The notes beneath the pieces are model-generated. The model ran no database searches. It had not been told where the DNA came from and saw only the letters and a program-made list of their open reading frames with translations. Of a stretch of DNA of 64,000 nucleotides, positions 28,506-42,775 are shown piece after piece (positions within the stretch are counted from its first letter, which is position 1; every line of letters begins with the position of its first letter). Origin of the DNA: Eledone cirrhosa. Its lineage: Eukaryota. The stretch covers positions 210,552,001 to 210,616,000 of the forward strand of contig OZ024743.1 in NCBI GenBank assembly GCA_964016885.1, in the 5' to 3' direction. The translations under genes were made by a program, and so were the position numbers.

Positions 28506-30855
28506 AAGATATACCACAGTTTACCATCATATAGCCACAGATGAATGCACATCACTCCATAAGATATACCACAGTTTAGCATCCTATAGCCACAGATGAA
28601 AGCTCTTCACCCCATAAGATATACCACAGTTTACCATCCTATAGCCACAGATGAAAGCTCTTCGCTCCATAAGATATACCACAGTTTACCATCATATAGC
28701 CACAGATGAATGCACATCACTCCATAAGATATACCACAGTTTACCATCCTATAGCCACAGATGAAAGTTCTTCACCCCATAAGATATACCACAGTTTACC
28801 ATCCTATAGCCACAGATGAAAGCTCTTCGCTCCATAAGATATACCACAGTTTACCATCCTATAGCCACACATGAAAGCTCTTCGCTCCATAAGATATACC
28901 ACAGTTTACCATCCTGTAGCCAGATGAAAGCTCTTCACTCTATAAGATATACCACAGTTTACCATCCTATAGCCAGATGAAAGCTCTTCACTCCATAAGA
29001 TATACCAGAGATTACCATCCTGTAGCCAGATGAAAGCTCTTCACTCCATAAGATATACAACAGTTTACCAACCTATAGCCACAGATGAAAGCTCTTCACT
29101 CCATAAGATATACCACAGTTTACCATCCTATAGCCAGATGAAAGCTCTTCACTCCATAAGATATACCACAGTTTACCATCCTATAGCCACACATTAAAGC
29201 TCTTCACTCCATAAGATATACCACAGTTTACCAACCTATAGCCACAGATGAAAGCTCTTCACTCCATAAGTTATACCACAGTTTACCATCCTATAGCCAG
29301 ATGAAAGCTCTTCACTCCATAAGATATACCAGTTTACCATCATATAGCCACAGATGAAAGCTCTTCACTCCATAAGATATACCACAGTTTACCATCCTAT
29401 AGCCATACATGAAAGCTCTTCAGTCCATAAGATATACCACAGTTTACCATTCTATAGCCAGATGAAAGCTCTTCACTCCATAAGATATACCACAGTTTAC
29501 CATCCTATAGCCATACATGAAAGCTCTTCAGTCCATAGGATATACCACAGTTTACCATCCTATAGCCATACATGAAAGCTCTTCAGTCCATAAGATATAC
29601 CACAGTTTAGCATCCTATAGCCACAGATGAAAACTCTTCACCCCATAAGATATACCACAGTTTACCATCCCATAGCCACAGATGAAAGCTCTTCGCTCCA
29701 TAAGATATACCACAGTTTACCATCCTATAGCCGCACATGAAAGCTCTTCACTCCATAAGATATACCACAGTTTACCATCCTATAGCCACAGATGAATGCA
29801 CATCACTCCATAAGATATACCACAGTTTACCATCCTATAGCCACAGATGAAAGCTCTTCACCCCATAAGATATACCACATTTTACCATCCTATATCCAGA
29901 TGAAAGCTCTTCACTCCATAAGATATACCACAGTTTACCATCCTATAGCCGCACATGAAAGCTCTTCACTCCATAAGATATACCACAGTTTACCATCCTA
30001 TAGCCACAGATGAAAGCTCTTCACTCCATAAGATATACCACAGTTTACCATCCTATGGCCACACATGAAAGCTCTTCACTCCATAAGATATACCACAGTT
30101 TACCATTCTATAGCCACACATGAAACTCTTCACTCCATAGGATATAACACAGTTTACCATCATATAGCCATACATGAAAGCTCTTCAGTCCATAAGATAT
30201 ACCACAGTTTACCATCCTATAGCCACAGATAAAAGCTCTTCACTCCATAAGATATACTACAGTTTACCATCCTATAGCCAGTTGAAAGCTCTTCACTCCA
30301 TAAGATATAGCACAGTTTACCATCCTATAGCCACAGATGAAAGCTCTTCGCTCCATGAGATATACCACAGTTTACCACCCTATAGCCAGATGAAAGATCT
30401 TCACTCCATAAGATATACCAGTTTACCATCCTATAGCCACAGATGAAAGCTCTTCACTCCATAAGATATACCACAGTTTACCATCCTAAAGCCACAGATG
30501 AAAGCTCTTCACTCCATAAGATATAACAGTTTACCATCCTATAGCCACAGATGAAAGCTCTTCACTCCATAAGATATACCACAGTTTACCACCCTATAGC
30601 CAGATGGAAGCTCTTCACTCCATAAGATATACCAGAGTTTACCATCCTATAGCCACACATGAAAGCTCTTCACTCCATAAGATATACCACAGTTTACCAT
30701 CATATAGCCACAGATGAATGCACATCACTCCATAAGATATACCACAGTTTAGCATCCTATAGCCACAGATGAAAGCTCTTCACCCCATAAGATATACCAC
30801 AGTTTACCATCCTATAGCCACAGATGAAAGCTCTTCGCTCCATAAGATATACCAC
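26510..30855 (+). repeat. Higher-order tandem duplication, period 2,173 bp (~40 monomers), 2 copies
   Basis: ORF pairs 27181/29354, 27619/29792 and 28001/30174 are offset by 2,173. The shared variant CATATAGCCACAGATGAATGC lies at ~26520/28693. Confidence 0.9.
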
Positions 30856-33800
30856 AATTTACCATCCTATAGCCACACATGAAAGCTCTTCACTCCATAA
30901 GATATACCACAGTTTAACATCCTATAGCCACAGATGAAAGCTCTTCACCCCATAAGATATACCACAGTTTACCATCCTATAGCCAGATGAAAGCTCTTCA
31001 CTCCATAAATATATCACAGTTTACCATCCTATAGCCACAGATGAAAGCTCTTCACTCCATAAGATATACCACAGTTTACCATCGTATAGCCACACATGAA
31101 AGCTCTTCACTCCATAAGATATACCACAGTTTACCATCCTGTAGCCAGATGAAAGCTCTTCATTCCATAAGATATACCACAGTTTACCATCCTATAGCCA
31201 CACATGAAAGCTCTTCACTCCATAAGATATACCACAGTTTACCATCCTATAGGCAGATGAAAACTCTTCACTCCATAAGATATACCACAGTTTACCACCC
31301 TATAGCCAGATGTAAGCTCTTCACTCCATAAGATATACCAGTTTACCATCCTATAGCCACAGATGAAAGCTCTTCGCTCCACAAGATATACCACAGTTTA
31401 CCACCCTATAGCCAGATGAAAGATCTTCACTCCATAAGATATACCAGTTTACCATCCTATAGCCACAGATGAAAGCTCTTCACACCATAAGATATACCAC
31501 AGTTTACCATCCTATAGCCACAGATGAAAGCTCTTCACTCCATAAGATATACCAGTTTACCATCCTATAGCCACAGATGAAAGCTCTTCACTCCATAAGA
31601 TATACCACAGTTTACCATCTTATAGCCACATATGAAAGCTCTTCACTCCATAAGATATACCAGAGTTTACCATCCTATAGCCACACATGAAAGCTCTTCA
31701 CTCCATAAGATATACCACAGTTTACCATCATATAGCCACAGATGAATGCACATCACTCCATAAGATATACCACAGTTTACCATCCTATAGCCACAGATGA
31801 AAGCTCTTCACCCCATAAGATATACCACAGTTTACCATCCTATAGCCACAGATGAAAGCTCTTCGCTCCATAAGATATACCACAGTTTCCCATCCTATAG
31901 CCACACATGAAAGCTCTTCACTCCATAAGATATACCACAGTTTAACATCCTAGAGCCACACATGAAAGCTCTTCACTCCATAAGATATACGACAGTTTAC
32001 CATCCTCTAGCCAGATGAAAGCTCTTCACTCTATAAGATATACCACAGTTTACCATCCTATAGCCACAGATGAAAGCTCTTCACTCCATAAGATATACCA
32101 CAGATTACCATCCTGTAGCCAGATGAAAGCTCTTCACTCCATAAGATATACAACAGTTTACCAACCTATAGCCACAGATGAAAGCTCTTCACTCCATAAG
32201 ATATACCACAGTTTACCATCCTATAGCCAGATGAAAGCTCTTCACTCCATAAGATATACTACAGTTTACCATCCTATAGCGACACATTAAAGCTCTTCAC
32301 TCCATAAGATATACCACAGTTTACCAACTTATAGCCACAGATGAAAGCTCTTCACTCCATAAGATATACCACAGTTTATCATTCTATAGCCAGATGAAAG
32401 CTCTTCACTCCATAAGATATAACACATTCTACCATCCTATAGCCAGATGAAACACTTCACTCCATAAGATATACCAAAGTTTACCATCCTATAGCCACAG
32501 ATGAAAGCTCTTCACTCCATAAGATATACCACAGTTTACCATCCTATGGCCACAGATGAAAGCTCTTCACTCCATAAGATATACCACAGTTTACCATCCT
32601 ATAGCCACACATGAAAGGTCTTCACTCCATAAGATATACCACAGTTTACCATCCTATAGCCATACATGAAAGCTCTTCAGTCCATAAGATATACCACAGT
32701 TTACCATCTTATAGCCACATATGAAAGCTCTTCACTCCATAATATATACCACAGTTTACCATCCTATAGCCATGCATGAAAGCTCTTCAGTCCATAAGAT
32801 ATACCACAGTTTACCATCCTATAGCCACAGATGAAAGCTCTTCACTCCATAATATATACCACAGTTTACCATCCGATAGCGAGATGAAAGCTCTTCACTC
32901 CATAAGATATACCACGGTTTACCATCCTATAGCCACACATGAAAGCTCTTCACTCCATAAGATATACCACAGTTTACCATCCTATAGCCACAGATGAAAG
33001 CTCTTCACTCCATAAGATATACCACAGTTTACCATCCTATGGCCACACATGAAAGCTCTTCACTCCATAAGATATACCACAGTTTACCATCCTATAGCCA
33101 CACATGAATGCTCTTCACTCCATAGGATATAACAGTTTACCATCCTATAGCCATACATGAGAGCTCTTCAGTCCATAAGATATACCACAGTTTACCATCC
33201 TATAGCCACAGATGAAAGCTCTTCACTCCATAATATATACCACAGTTTACCATCCTATAGCAAGATGAAAGCTCTTCACTCCATAAGATATACCACAGTT
33301 TACCATCCTATAGCCACACATGAAAGCTCTTCACTCCATAAGATATACCACAGTTTACCATCCTATAGCCACAGATGAAAGCTCTTCACTCCATAAGATA
33401 TACCACAGTTTACCATCCTATGGCCACACATGAAAGCTCTTCACTCCATAAGATATACCACAGTTTACCATCCTATAGCCACACATGAATGCTCTTCACT
33501 CCATAGGATATAACAGTTTACCATCCTATAGCCATACATGAGAGCTCTTCACTCCATAAGATATACCACAGTTTACCATCCTATAGCCACAGATGAAAGC
33601 TCTTCACTCCATAAGATATACCACAGTTTATCATCCTATAGCCACACATGAAAACTCTTCACTCCATAAGATATACCACAGTTTACCATCCTGTAGCCAG
33701 ATGAAAGCTCTTCATTCCATAAGATATACCACAGTTTACCATCCTATAGCCACACATGAAAGCTCTTCACTCCATAAGATATACCACAGTTTACCATCCT

Positions 33801-36800
33801 ATAGGCAGATGAAAACTCTTCACTCCATAAGATATACCACAGTTTACCACCCTATAGCCAGATGAAAGCTCTTCACTCCATAAGACATACCAGTTTACCA
33901 TCCTATAGCCACAGATGAAAGCTCTTCGCTCCATAAGATATACCACAGTTTACCACCCTATAGCCAGATGAAAGATCTTCACTCCATAAGATATACCAGT
34001 TTACCATCCTATAGCCACAGATGAAAGCTCTTCACTCCATAAGATATACCACAGTTTACCATCCTATAGCCACAGATGAAAGCTCTTCACTCCATAAGAT
34101 ATACCAGTTTACCATCCTATAGCCACAGATGAAAGCTCTTCACTCCATAAGATATACCACAGTTTACCACCCTATAGCCAGATGAAAGCTCTTCACTCCA
34201 TAAGATATACCAGAGTTTACCATCCTATAGCCACACATGAAAGCTCTTCACTCCATAAGATATACCACAGTTTACCATCATATAGCCACAGATGAATGCA
34301 CATCACTCCATAAGATATACCACAGTTTACCATCCTATAGCCACAGATGAAAGTTCTTCACCCCATAAGATATACCACAGTTTACCATCCTATAGCCACA
34401 GATGAAAGCTCTTCGCTCCATAAGATATACCACAGTTTACCATCCTATAGCCACACATGAAAGCTCTTCACTCCATAAGATATACCACAGTTTACCATCC
34501 TGTAGCCAGATGAAAGCTCTTCACTCTATAAGATATACCACAGTTTACCATCCTATAGCCAGATGAAAGCTCTTCACTCCATAAGATATACCAGAGATTA
34601 CCATCCTGTAGCCAGATGAAAGCTCTTCACTCCATAAGATATACAACAGTTTACCAACCTATAGCCACAGATGAAAGCTCTTCACTCCATAAGATATACC
34701 ACAGTTTACCATCCTATAGCCAGATGAAATCTCTTCACTCCATAAGATATACCACAGTTTACCATCCTATAGCCACACATTAAAGCTCTTCACTCCATAA
34801 GATATACCACAGTTTACCAACCTATAGCCACAGATGAAAGCTCTTCACTCCATAAGTTATACCACAGTTTACCATCCTATAGCCAGATGAAAGCTCTTCA
34901 CTCCATAAGATATACCAGTTTACCATCCTATAGCCACAGATGAAAGCTCTTCACTCCATAAGATATACCACAGTTTACCATCCTATAGCCATACATGAAA
35001 GCTCTTCAGTCCATAAGATATACCACAGTTTACCATTCTATAGCCAGATGAAAGCTCTTCACTCCATAAGATATACCACAGTTTACCATCCTATAGCCAT
35101 ACATGAAAGCTCTTCAGTCCATAGGATATACCACAGTTTACCATCCTATAGCCATACATGAAAGCTCTTCAGTCCATAAGATATACCACAGTTTACCATC
35201 CTATAGCCACAGATGAAAGCTCTTCACCCCATAAGATATACCACAGTTTACCATCCCATAGCCACAGATGAAAGCTCTTCGCTCCATAAGATATACCACA
35301 GTTTACCATCCTATAGCCACACATGAAAGCTCTTCACTCCATAAGATATACCACAGTTTAACATCCTAGAGCCACACATGAAAGCTCTTCACTCCATAAG
35401 ATATACCACAGTTTACCATCCTGTAGCCAGATGAAAGCTCTTCACTCTATAAGATATACCACAGTTTACCATCCTATAGCCAGATGAAAGCTCTTCACTC
35501 CATAAGATATACCACAGATTACCATCCTGTAGCCAGATGAAAGCTCTTCAGTCCATAAGATATACCACAGTTTACCATCCTATAGCCACAGATGAAAGCT
35601 CTTCACTCCATAATATATACCACAGTTTACCATCCGATAGCGAGATGAAAGCTCTTCACTCCATAAGATATACCACGGTTTACCATCCTATAGCCACACA
35701 TGAAAGCTCTTCACTCCATAAGATATACCACAGTTTACCATCCTATAGCCACAGATGAAAGCTCTTCACTCCATAAGATATACCACAGTTTACCATCCTA
35801 TGGCCACACATGAAAGCTCTTCACTCCATAAGATATACCACAGTTTACCATTCTATAGCCACACATGAAACTCTTCACTCCATAGGATATACCACAGTTT
35901 ACCATCATATAGCCATACATGAAAACTCTTCAGTCCATAAGATATACCACAGTTTACCATCCTATAGCCACAGATAAAAGCTCTTCACTCCATAAGATAT
36001 ACTACAGTTTACCATCCTATAGCCAGATGAAAGCTCTTCACTCCATAATATATAGCACAGTTTACCATCCTATAGCCACAGATGAAAGCTCTTCGCTCCA
36101 TAAGATATACCACAGTTTACCACCCTATAGCCAGATGAAAGATCTTCACTCCATAAGATATACCAGTTTACCATCCTATAGCCACAGATGAAAGCTCTTC
36201 ACTCCATAAGATATACCACAGTTTACCATCCTAAAGCCACAGATGAAAGCTCTTCACTCCATAAGATATAACAGTTTACCATCCTATAGCCACAGATGAA
36301 AGCTCTTCACTCCATAAGATATACCACATTTTACCACCCTATAGCCAGATGGAAGCTCTTCACTCCATAAGATATACCAGAGTTTACCATCCTATAGCCA
36401 CACATGAAAGCTCTTCACTCCATAAGATATACCACAGTTTACCATCATATAGCCACAGATGAATGCACATCACTCCATAAGATATACCACAGTTTAGCAT
36501 CCTATAGCCACAGATGAAAGCTCTTCACCCCATAAGATATACCACAGTTTACCATCCTATAGCCACAGATGAAAGCTCTTCGCTCCATAAGATATACCAC
36601 AGTTTACCATCCTATAGCCACACATGAAAGCTCTTCACTCCATAAGATATACTACAGTTTACCATCCTATAGCCAGATGAAAGCTCTTCACTCCATAAGA
36701 TATAGCACAGTTTACCATCCTATAGCCACAGATGAAAGCTCTTCACTCCATAAGATATACCACAGTTTACCATCCTATTGCCACACATGAAAGCTCTTCA

Positions 36801-39169
36801 CTCCATAAGATATACCACAGTTTCCCATCCTATAGCCACACATGAACGCTCTTCATTCCATAAGATATACCACAGTTTACCATCCTATAGCCACACATGA
36901 AAGCTCTTCACTCCATAACCATAGTTTACCATTCTATAGCCACACATGAAAGCTCTTCACTCCATAAGATATACCTCAGTTGACCATCCTATAGCCACAG
37001 ATGAAAGCTCTTTACACCATGAGATATACCACAGTTTACCATCCTATAGCCACAGATGAAAGCTCTTCAGTCCATAAGATATACCACAGTTTACCATCCT
37101 ATGGCCACACATGAAAGCTCTTCACCCATAAGATATATCAAAGTTTACCATCCTTTCGCAAGATGAAAGCTCTTCACTCCATAGGATATACCACAGTTTA
37201 CCATCCTATAGCCACCCATGAAAGCTCTTCACTCCATAAGATATACCACAGTTTACCATCATATGGCCACACATGAAAGCTCTTCACTCCTTAACCATAG
37301 TTTACCATTCTATAGCCACACATGAAAGCTCTTCACTCCATAAGATATACCACAGTTTAATATCCTATAGCCACAGATGAAAGCTCTTTACACCATGAGA
37401 TATACCACAGTTTACCATACTATAGCCAGATGAAAGCTCTTCACTCCATAAGATATACCACAGTTTACCATCCTTTCGCAAGATGAAAGCTCTTCACTCC
37501 ATAGGATATACCACAGTTTACCATCCTATAGCCACACATGAAAGCTCATCACTCCATAAGATATACCACAGTTTAGCATCCTATAGCCAGATGAAAACTC
37601 TTCACTCCATAAGATATAGCAGTTTACCATCCTATAGCCACACATGAAAGTTCTTCACTCCATAAGATATACCACAGTTTACCACCCTATAGCCAGATGA
37701 AAGCTCTTCACTCCATAAGATATACCAGTTTACCATCCTATAGCCACAGATGAAAGCTCTTCACTCCATAAGATATACCACAGTTCACCACCCTATAGCC
37801 AGATGAAAGCTCTTCTCTCCATAAGATATACCACAGTTTACCATCCTATAGCCACACATGAAAGCTCTTCACTCCATAAGATATACCACAGTTTACCATC
37901 ATATAGCCACAGATGAATGCACATCACTCCATAAGATATACCACAGTTTACCATCCTATAGCCACAGATGAAAGCTCTTCACCCCATAAGATATACCACA
38001 GTTTACCATCCTATATCCAGATGAAAGCTCTTCACTCCATAAGATATACCACAGTTTACCATCCTATAGCCACACATGAAAGCTCTTCACTCCATAAGAT
38101 ATACAGCAGTTTACCATCCTATGGCCACAGATGAAAGCTCTTCACTCCATAAGATATACCACAGTTTACCATCCTATAGCCACAGATGAAAGCACTTCAC
38201 TCCATAAGATATACCACAGTTTACCATCCTATAGCCACACATAAAAGCTCTTCACTCCATAAGATATACCACAGTTTAACATCCTATAGCCACACATGAA
38301 AGCTCTTCACTCCATAAGATATACCACAGTTTACCATCCTGTAGCCAGATGAAAGCTCTTTACTCCGTAAGATATACCACAGTTTACCATCCTATAGCCA
38401 CACATGAAACTCTTCACTCCATAGGATATACCACAGTTTACCATCCTATAGCCACACATGAAAGCTCTTCACTCCATAGGATATACCACAGTTTACCATC
38501 CTATAGCCACACGGGAAAGCTCTTCACTCCATAAGATATACGACAGTTTACCATCCTATAGCCACAGATGAAAGCTCTTCACCCCATAAGATATACCACA
38601 GTTTACCATCCTATAGCCAGATGAAAGCTCTTCACTCCATAAATATATCACAGTTTACCATCCTATAGCCACAGATGAAAGCTCTTCACTCCATAAGATA
38701 TACCACAGTTTACCATCCTATAGCCACACATGAAAGCTCTTCACTCCATAAGATATACCACAGTTTACCATCCTGTAGCCAGATGAAAGCTCTTCATTCC
38801 ATAAGATATACCACAGTTTACCATCCTATAGCCACACATGAAAGCTCTTCACTCCATAAGATATACCACAGTTTACCATCCTATAGGCAGATGAAAACTC
38901 TTCACTCCATAAGATATACCACAGTTTACCACCCTATAGCCAGATGAAAGCTCTTCACTCCATAAGATATACCAGTTTACCATCCTATAGCCACAGATGA
39001 AAGCTCTTCGCTCCATAAGATATACCACAGTTTACCACCCTATAGCCAGATGAAAGATCTTCACTCCATAAGATATACCAGTTTACCATCCTATAGCCAC
39101 AGATGAAAGCTCTTCACTCCATAAGATATACCACAGTTTACCATCCTATAGCCACAGATGAAAGCTCTT

Positions 39170-39840
39170 CACTCCATAAGATATACCAATATACCATCCT
39201 ATACCCACAGATGAAAGCTCTTCACTCCATAAGATATACCACAGTTTACCACCCTATAGCCAGATGAAAGCTCTTCACTCCATAAGATATACCAGACTTT
39301 ACCATCCTATAGCCACACATGAAAGCTCTTCACTCCATAAGATATACCACAGTTTACCATCATATAGCCACAGATGAATGCACATCACTCCACAAGATAT
39401 ACCACAGTTTAATATCCTATAGCCACAGATGAAAGCTCTTTACACCATGAGATATACCACAGTTTACCATACTATAGCCAGATGAAAGCTCTTCACTCCA
39501 TAAGATATACCACAGTTTACCATACTTTCGCAAGATTAAAGCTCTTCACTCCATAGGATATACCACAGTTTAGCATCCTATAGCCAGATGAAAGCTCTTC
39601 ACTCCATAAGATATACCAGTATACCATCCTATACCCACAGATGAAAGCTCTTCACTCCATAAGATATACCACAGTTTACCACCCTATAGCCAGATGAAAG
39701 CTCTTCACTCCATAAGATATACCAGACTTTACCATCCTATAGCCACACATGAAAGCTCTTCACTCCATAAGATATACCACAGTTTACCATCATATAGCCA
39801 CAGATGAATGCACATCACTCCACAAGATATACCACAGTTT
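39170..39840 (+). repeat. Local partial duplication, period 430 bp (8 monomers)
   Basis: TATACCATCCTATACCCACAG ... CCAGACTTT ... CACATCACTCCACAAG occurs at ~39190-39395 and again at ~39620-39825. Confidence 0.75.
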
Positions 39841-42269
39841 ACCATCCTATAGCCACACATGAAAGTTCTTCACTCCATAAGATATACCACAGTTTACCAC
39901 CCTATAGCCAGATGAAAGCTCTTCACTCCATAAGATATACCAGTTTACCATCCTATAGCCACAGATGAAAGCTCTTCACCCCATAAGATATACCACAGTT
40001 TACCATCCTATAGCCACAGATGAAAGCTCTTCGCTCCATAAGATATACCACAGTTTACCATCCTATAGCCACACATGAAAGCTCTTCACTCCATAAGATA
40101 TACCACAGTTTAACATCCTAGAGCCACACATGAAAGCTCTTCACTCCATAAGATATACCACAGTTTACCATCCTGTAGCCAGATGAAAGCTCTTCACTCT
40201 ATAAGATATACCACAGTTTACCATCCTATAGCCAGATGAAAGCTCTTCACTCCATAAGATATACCACAGATTACCATCCTGTAGCCAGATGAAAGCTCTT
40301 CACTCCATAAGATATACAACTGTTTACCAACCTATAGCCACAGATGAAAGCTCTTCACTCCATAAGATATACCACAGTTTACCATCCTATAGCCAGATGA
40401 AAGCTCTTCACTCCATAAGATATACCACGGTTTACCATCCTATAGCCACACATTAAAGCTCTTCACTCCATAAGATAAACCACAGTTTACCAACCTATAG
40501 CCACAGATGAAAGCTCTTCACTCCATAAGATATACCAGTTTACCATCATATAGCCACAGATGAAAGCTCTTCACTCCATAAGATATACCAGTTTACCATC
40601 CTATATCCAGATGAAAGCTCTTCAATCCATAAGATAAAACACATTCTACTATCCTATAGCCAGATGAAACACTTCACTCCATAAGATATACCACAGTTTA
40701 CCATCCTATAGCCACAGATGAAAGCTCTTCACTCCATAAGATATACCACAGTTTACCATCCTATGGCCACAGATGAAAGTTCTTCACTCCATAAGATATA
40801 CCACAGTTTACCATCCTATAGCCACACATGAAATCTCTTCAGTCCATAAGATATACCACAGTTTACCATCTTATAGCCACATATGAAAGCTCTTCACTCC
40901 ATAAGATATACCAGAGTTTACCATCCTATAGCCACACATGACAGCTCTTCACTCCATAAGATATACCACAGTTTACCATCATATAGCCACAGATGAATGC
41001 ACATCACTCCATAAGATATACCACAGTTTACCATCCTATAGCCACAGATGAAAGCTCTTCACCCCATAAGATATACCACAGTTTACCATCCTATAGCCAC
41101 AGATGAAAGCTCTTCGCTCCATAAGATATACCACAGTTTCCCATCCTATAGCCACACATGAAAGCTCTTCACTCCATAAGATATACCACAGTTTAACATC
41201 CTAGAGCCACACATGAAAGCTCTTCACTCCATAAGATATACGACAGTTTACCATCCTGTAGCCAGATGAAAGCTCTTCACTCTATAAGATATACCACAGT
41301 TTACCATCCTATAGCCACAGATGAAAGCTCTTCACTCCATAAGATATACCACAGATTACCATCCTGTAGCCAGATGAAAGCTCTTCACTCCATAAGATAT
41401 ACAACAGTTTACCAACCTATAGCCACAGATGAAAGCTCTTCACTCCATAAGATATACCACAGTTTACCATCCTATAGCCAGATGAAAGCTCTTCACTCCA
41501 TAAGATATAACACAGTTTACCATCCTATAGCGACACATTAAAGCTCTTCACTCCATAAGATATACCACAGTTTACCAACTTATAGCCACAGATGAAAGCT
41601 CTTCACTCCATAAGATATACCACAGTCTATCATTCTATAGCCAGATGAAAGCTCTTCACTCCATAAGATATAACACATTCTACCATCCTATAGCCAGATG
41701 AAACACTTCACTCCATAAGATATACCAAAGTTTACCATCCTATAGCCACCAATGAAAGCTCTTCACTCCATAAGATATACCACAGTTTACCATCCTATGG
41801 CCACAGATGAAAGCTCTTCACTCCATAAGATATACCACAGTTTACCATCCTATAGCCACACATGAAAGGTCTTCACTCCATAAGATATACCAAAGTTTAT
41901 CATCCTATAGCCATACATGAAAGCTCTTCAGTCCATAAGATATACCACAGTTTACCATCTTATAGCCACATATGAAAGCTCTTCACTCCATAAGATATAC
42001 CACAGTTTACCATCCTATAGCCATGCATGAAAGCTCTTCAGTCCATAAGATATACCACAGTTTACCATCCTATAGCCACAGATGAAAGCTCTTCACTCCA
42101 TAATATATACCACAGTTTACCATCCGATAGCGAGATGAAAGCTCTTCACTCCATAAGATATACCACGGTTTACCATCCTATAGCCACACATGAAAGCTCT
42201 TCACTCCATAAGATATACCACAGTTTACCATCCTATAGCCACAGATGACAGCTCTTCACTCCATAAGAT

Positions 42270-42775
42270 ATACCACAGTTTACCATCCTATGGCCACACA
42301 TGAATGCTCTTCACTCCATAAGATATACCACAGTTTACCATCCTATAGCCACACATGAAACTCTTCACTCCATAGGTTATACCACAGTTTACCATCCTAT
42401 AGCCACACATGAATGCTCTTCACTACATAGGATATAACAGTTTACCATCCTATAGCCATACATGAAAGCTCTTCACTCCATAAGATATACCACAGTTTAC
42501 CATCCTATAGGCAGATGAAAACTCTTCATTCCATAAGATATACCACAGTTTACCATCCTATGGCCACACATGAATGCTCTTCACTCCATAAGATATACCA
42601 CAGTTTACCATCCTATAGCCACACATGAAACTCTTCACTCCATAGGTTATACCACAGTTTACCATCCTATAGCCACACATGAATGCTCTTCACTACATAG
42701 GATATAACAGTTTACCATCCTATAGCCATACATGAAAGCTCTTCACTCCATAAGATATACCACAGTTTACCATCC
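42270..42775 (+). repeat. Local tandem duplication, period 270 bp (5 monomers)
   Basis: Private variants recur 270 bp apart: TGGCCACACATGAATG (42291/42561), CATAGGTTAT (42371/42641) and CACTACATAG (42421/42691). Confidence 0.85.
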
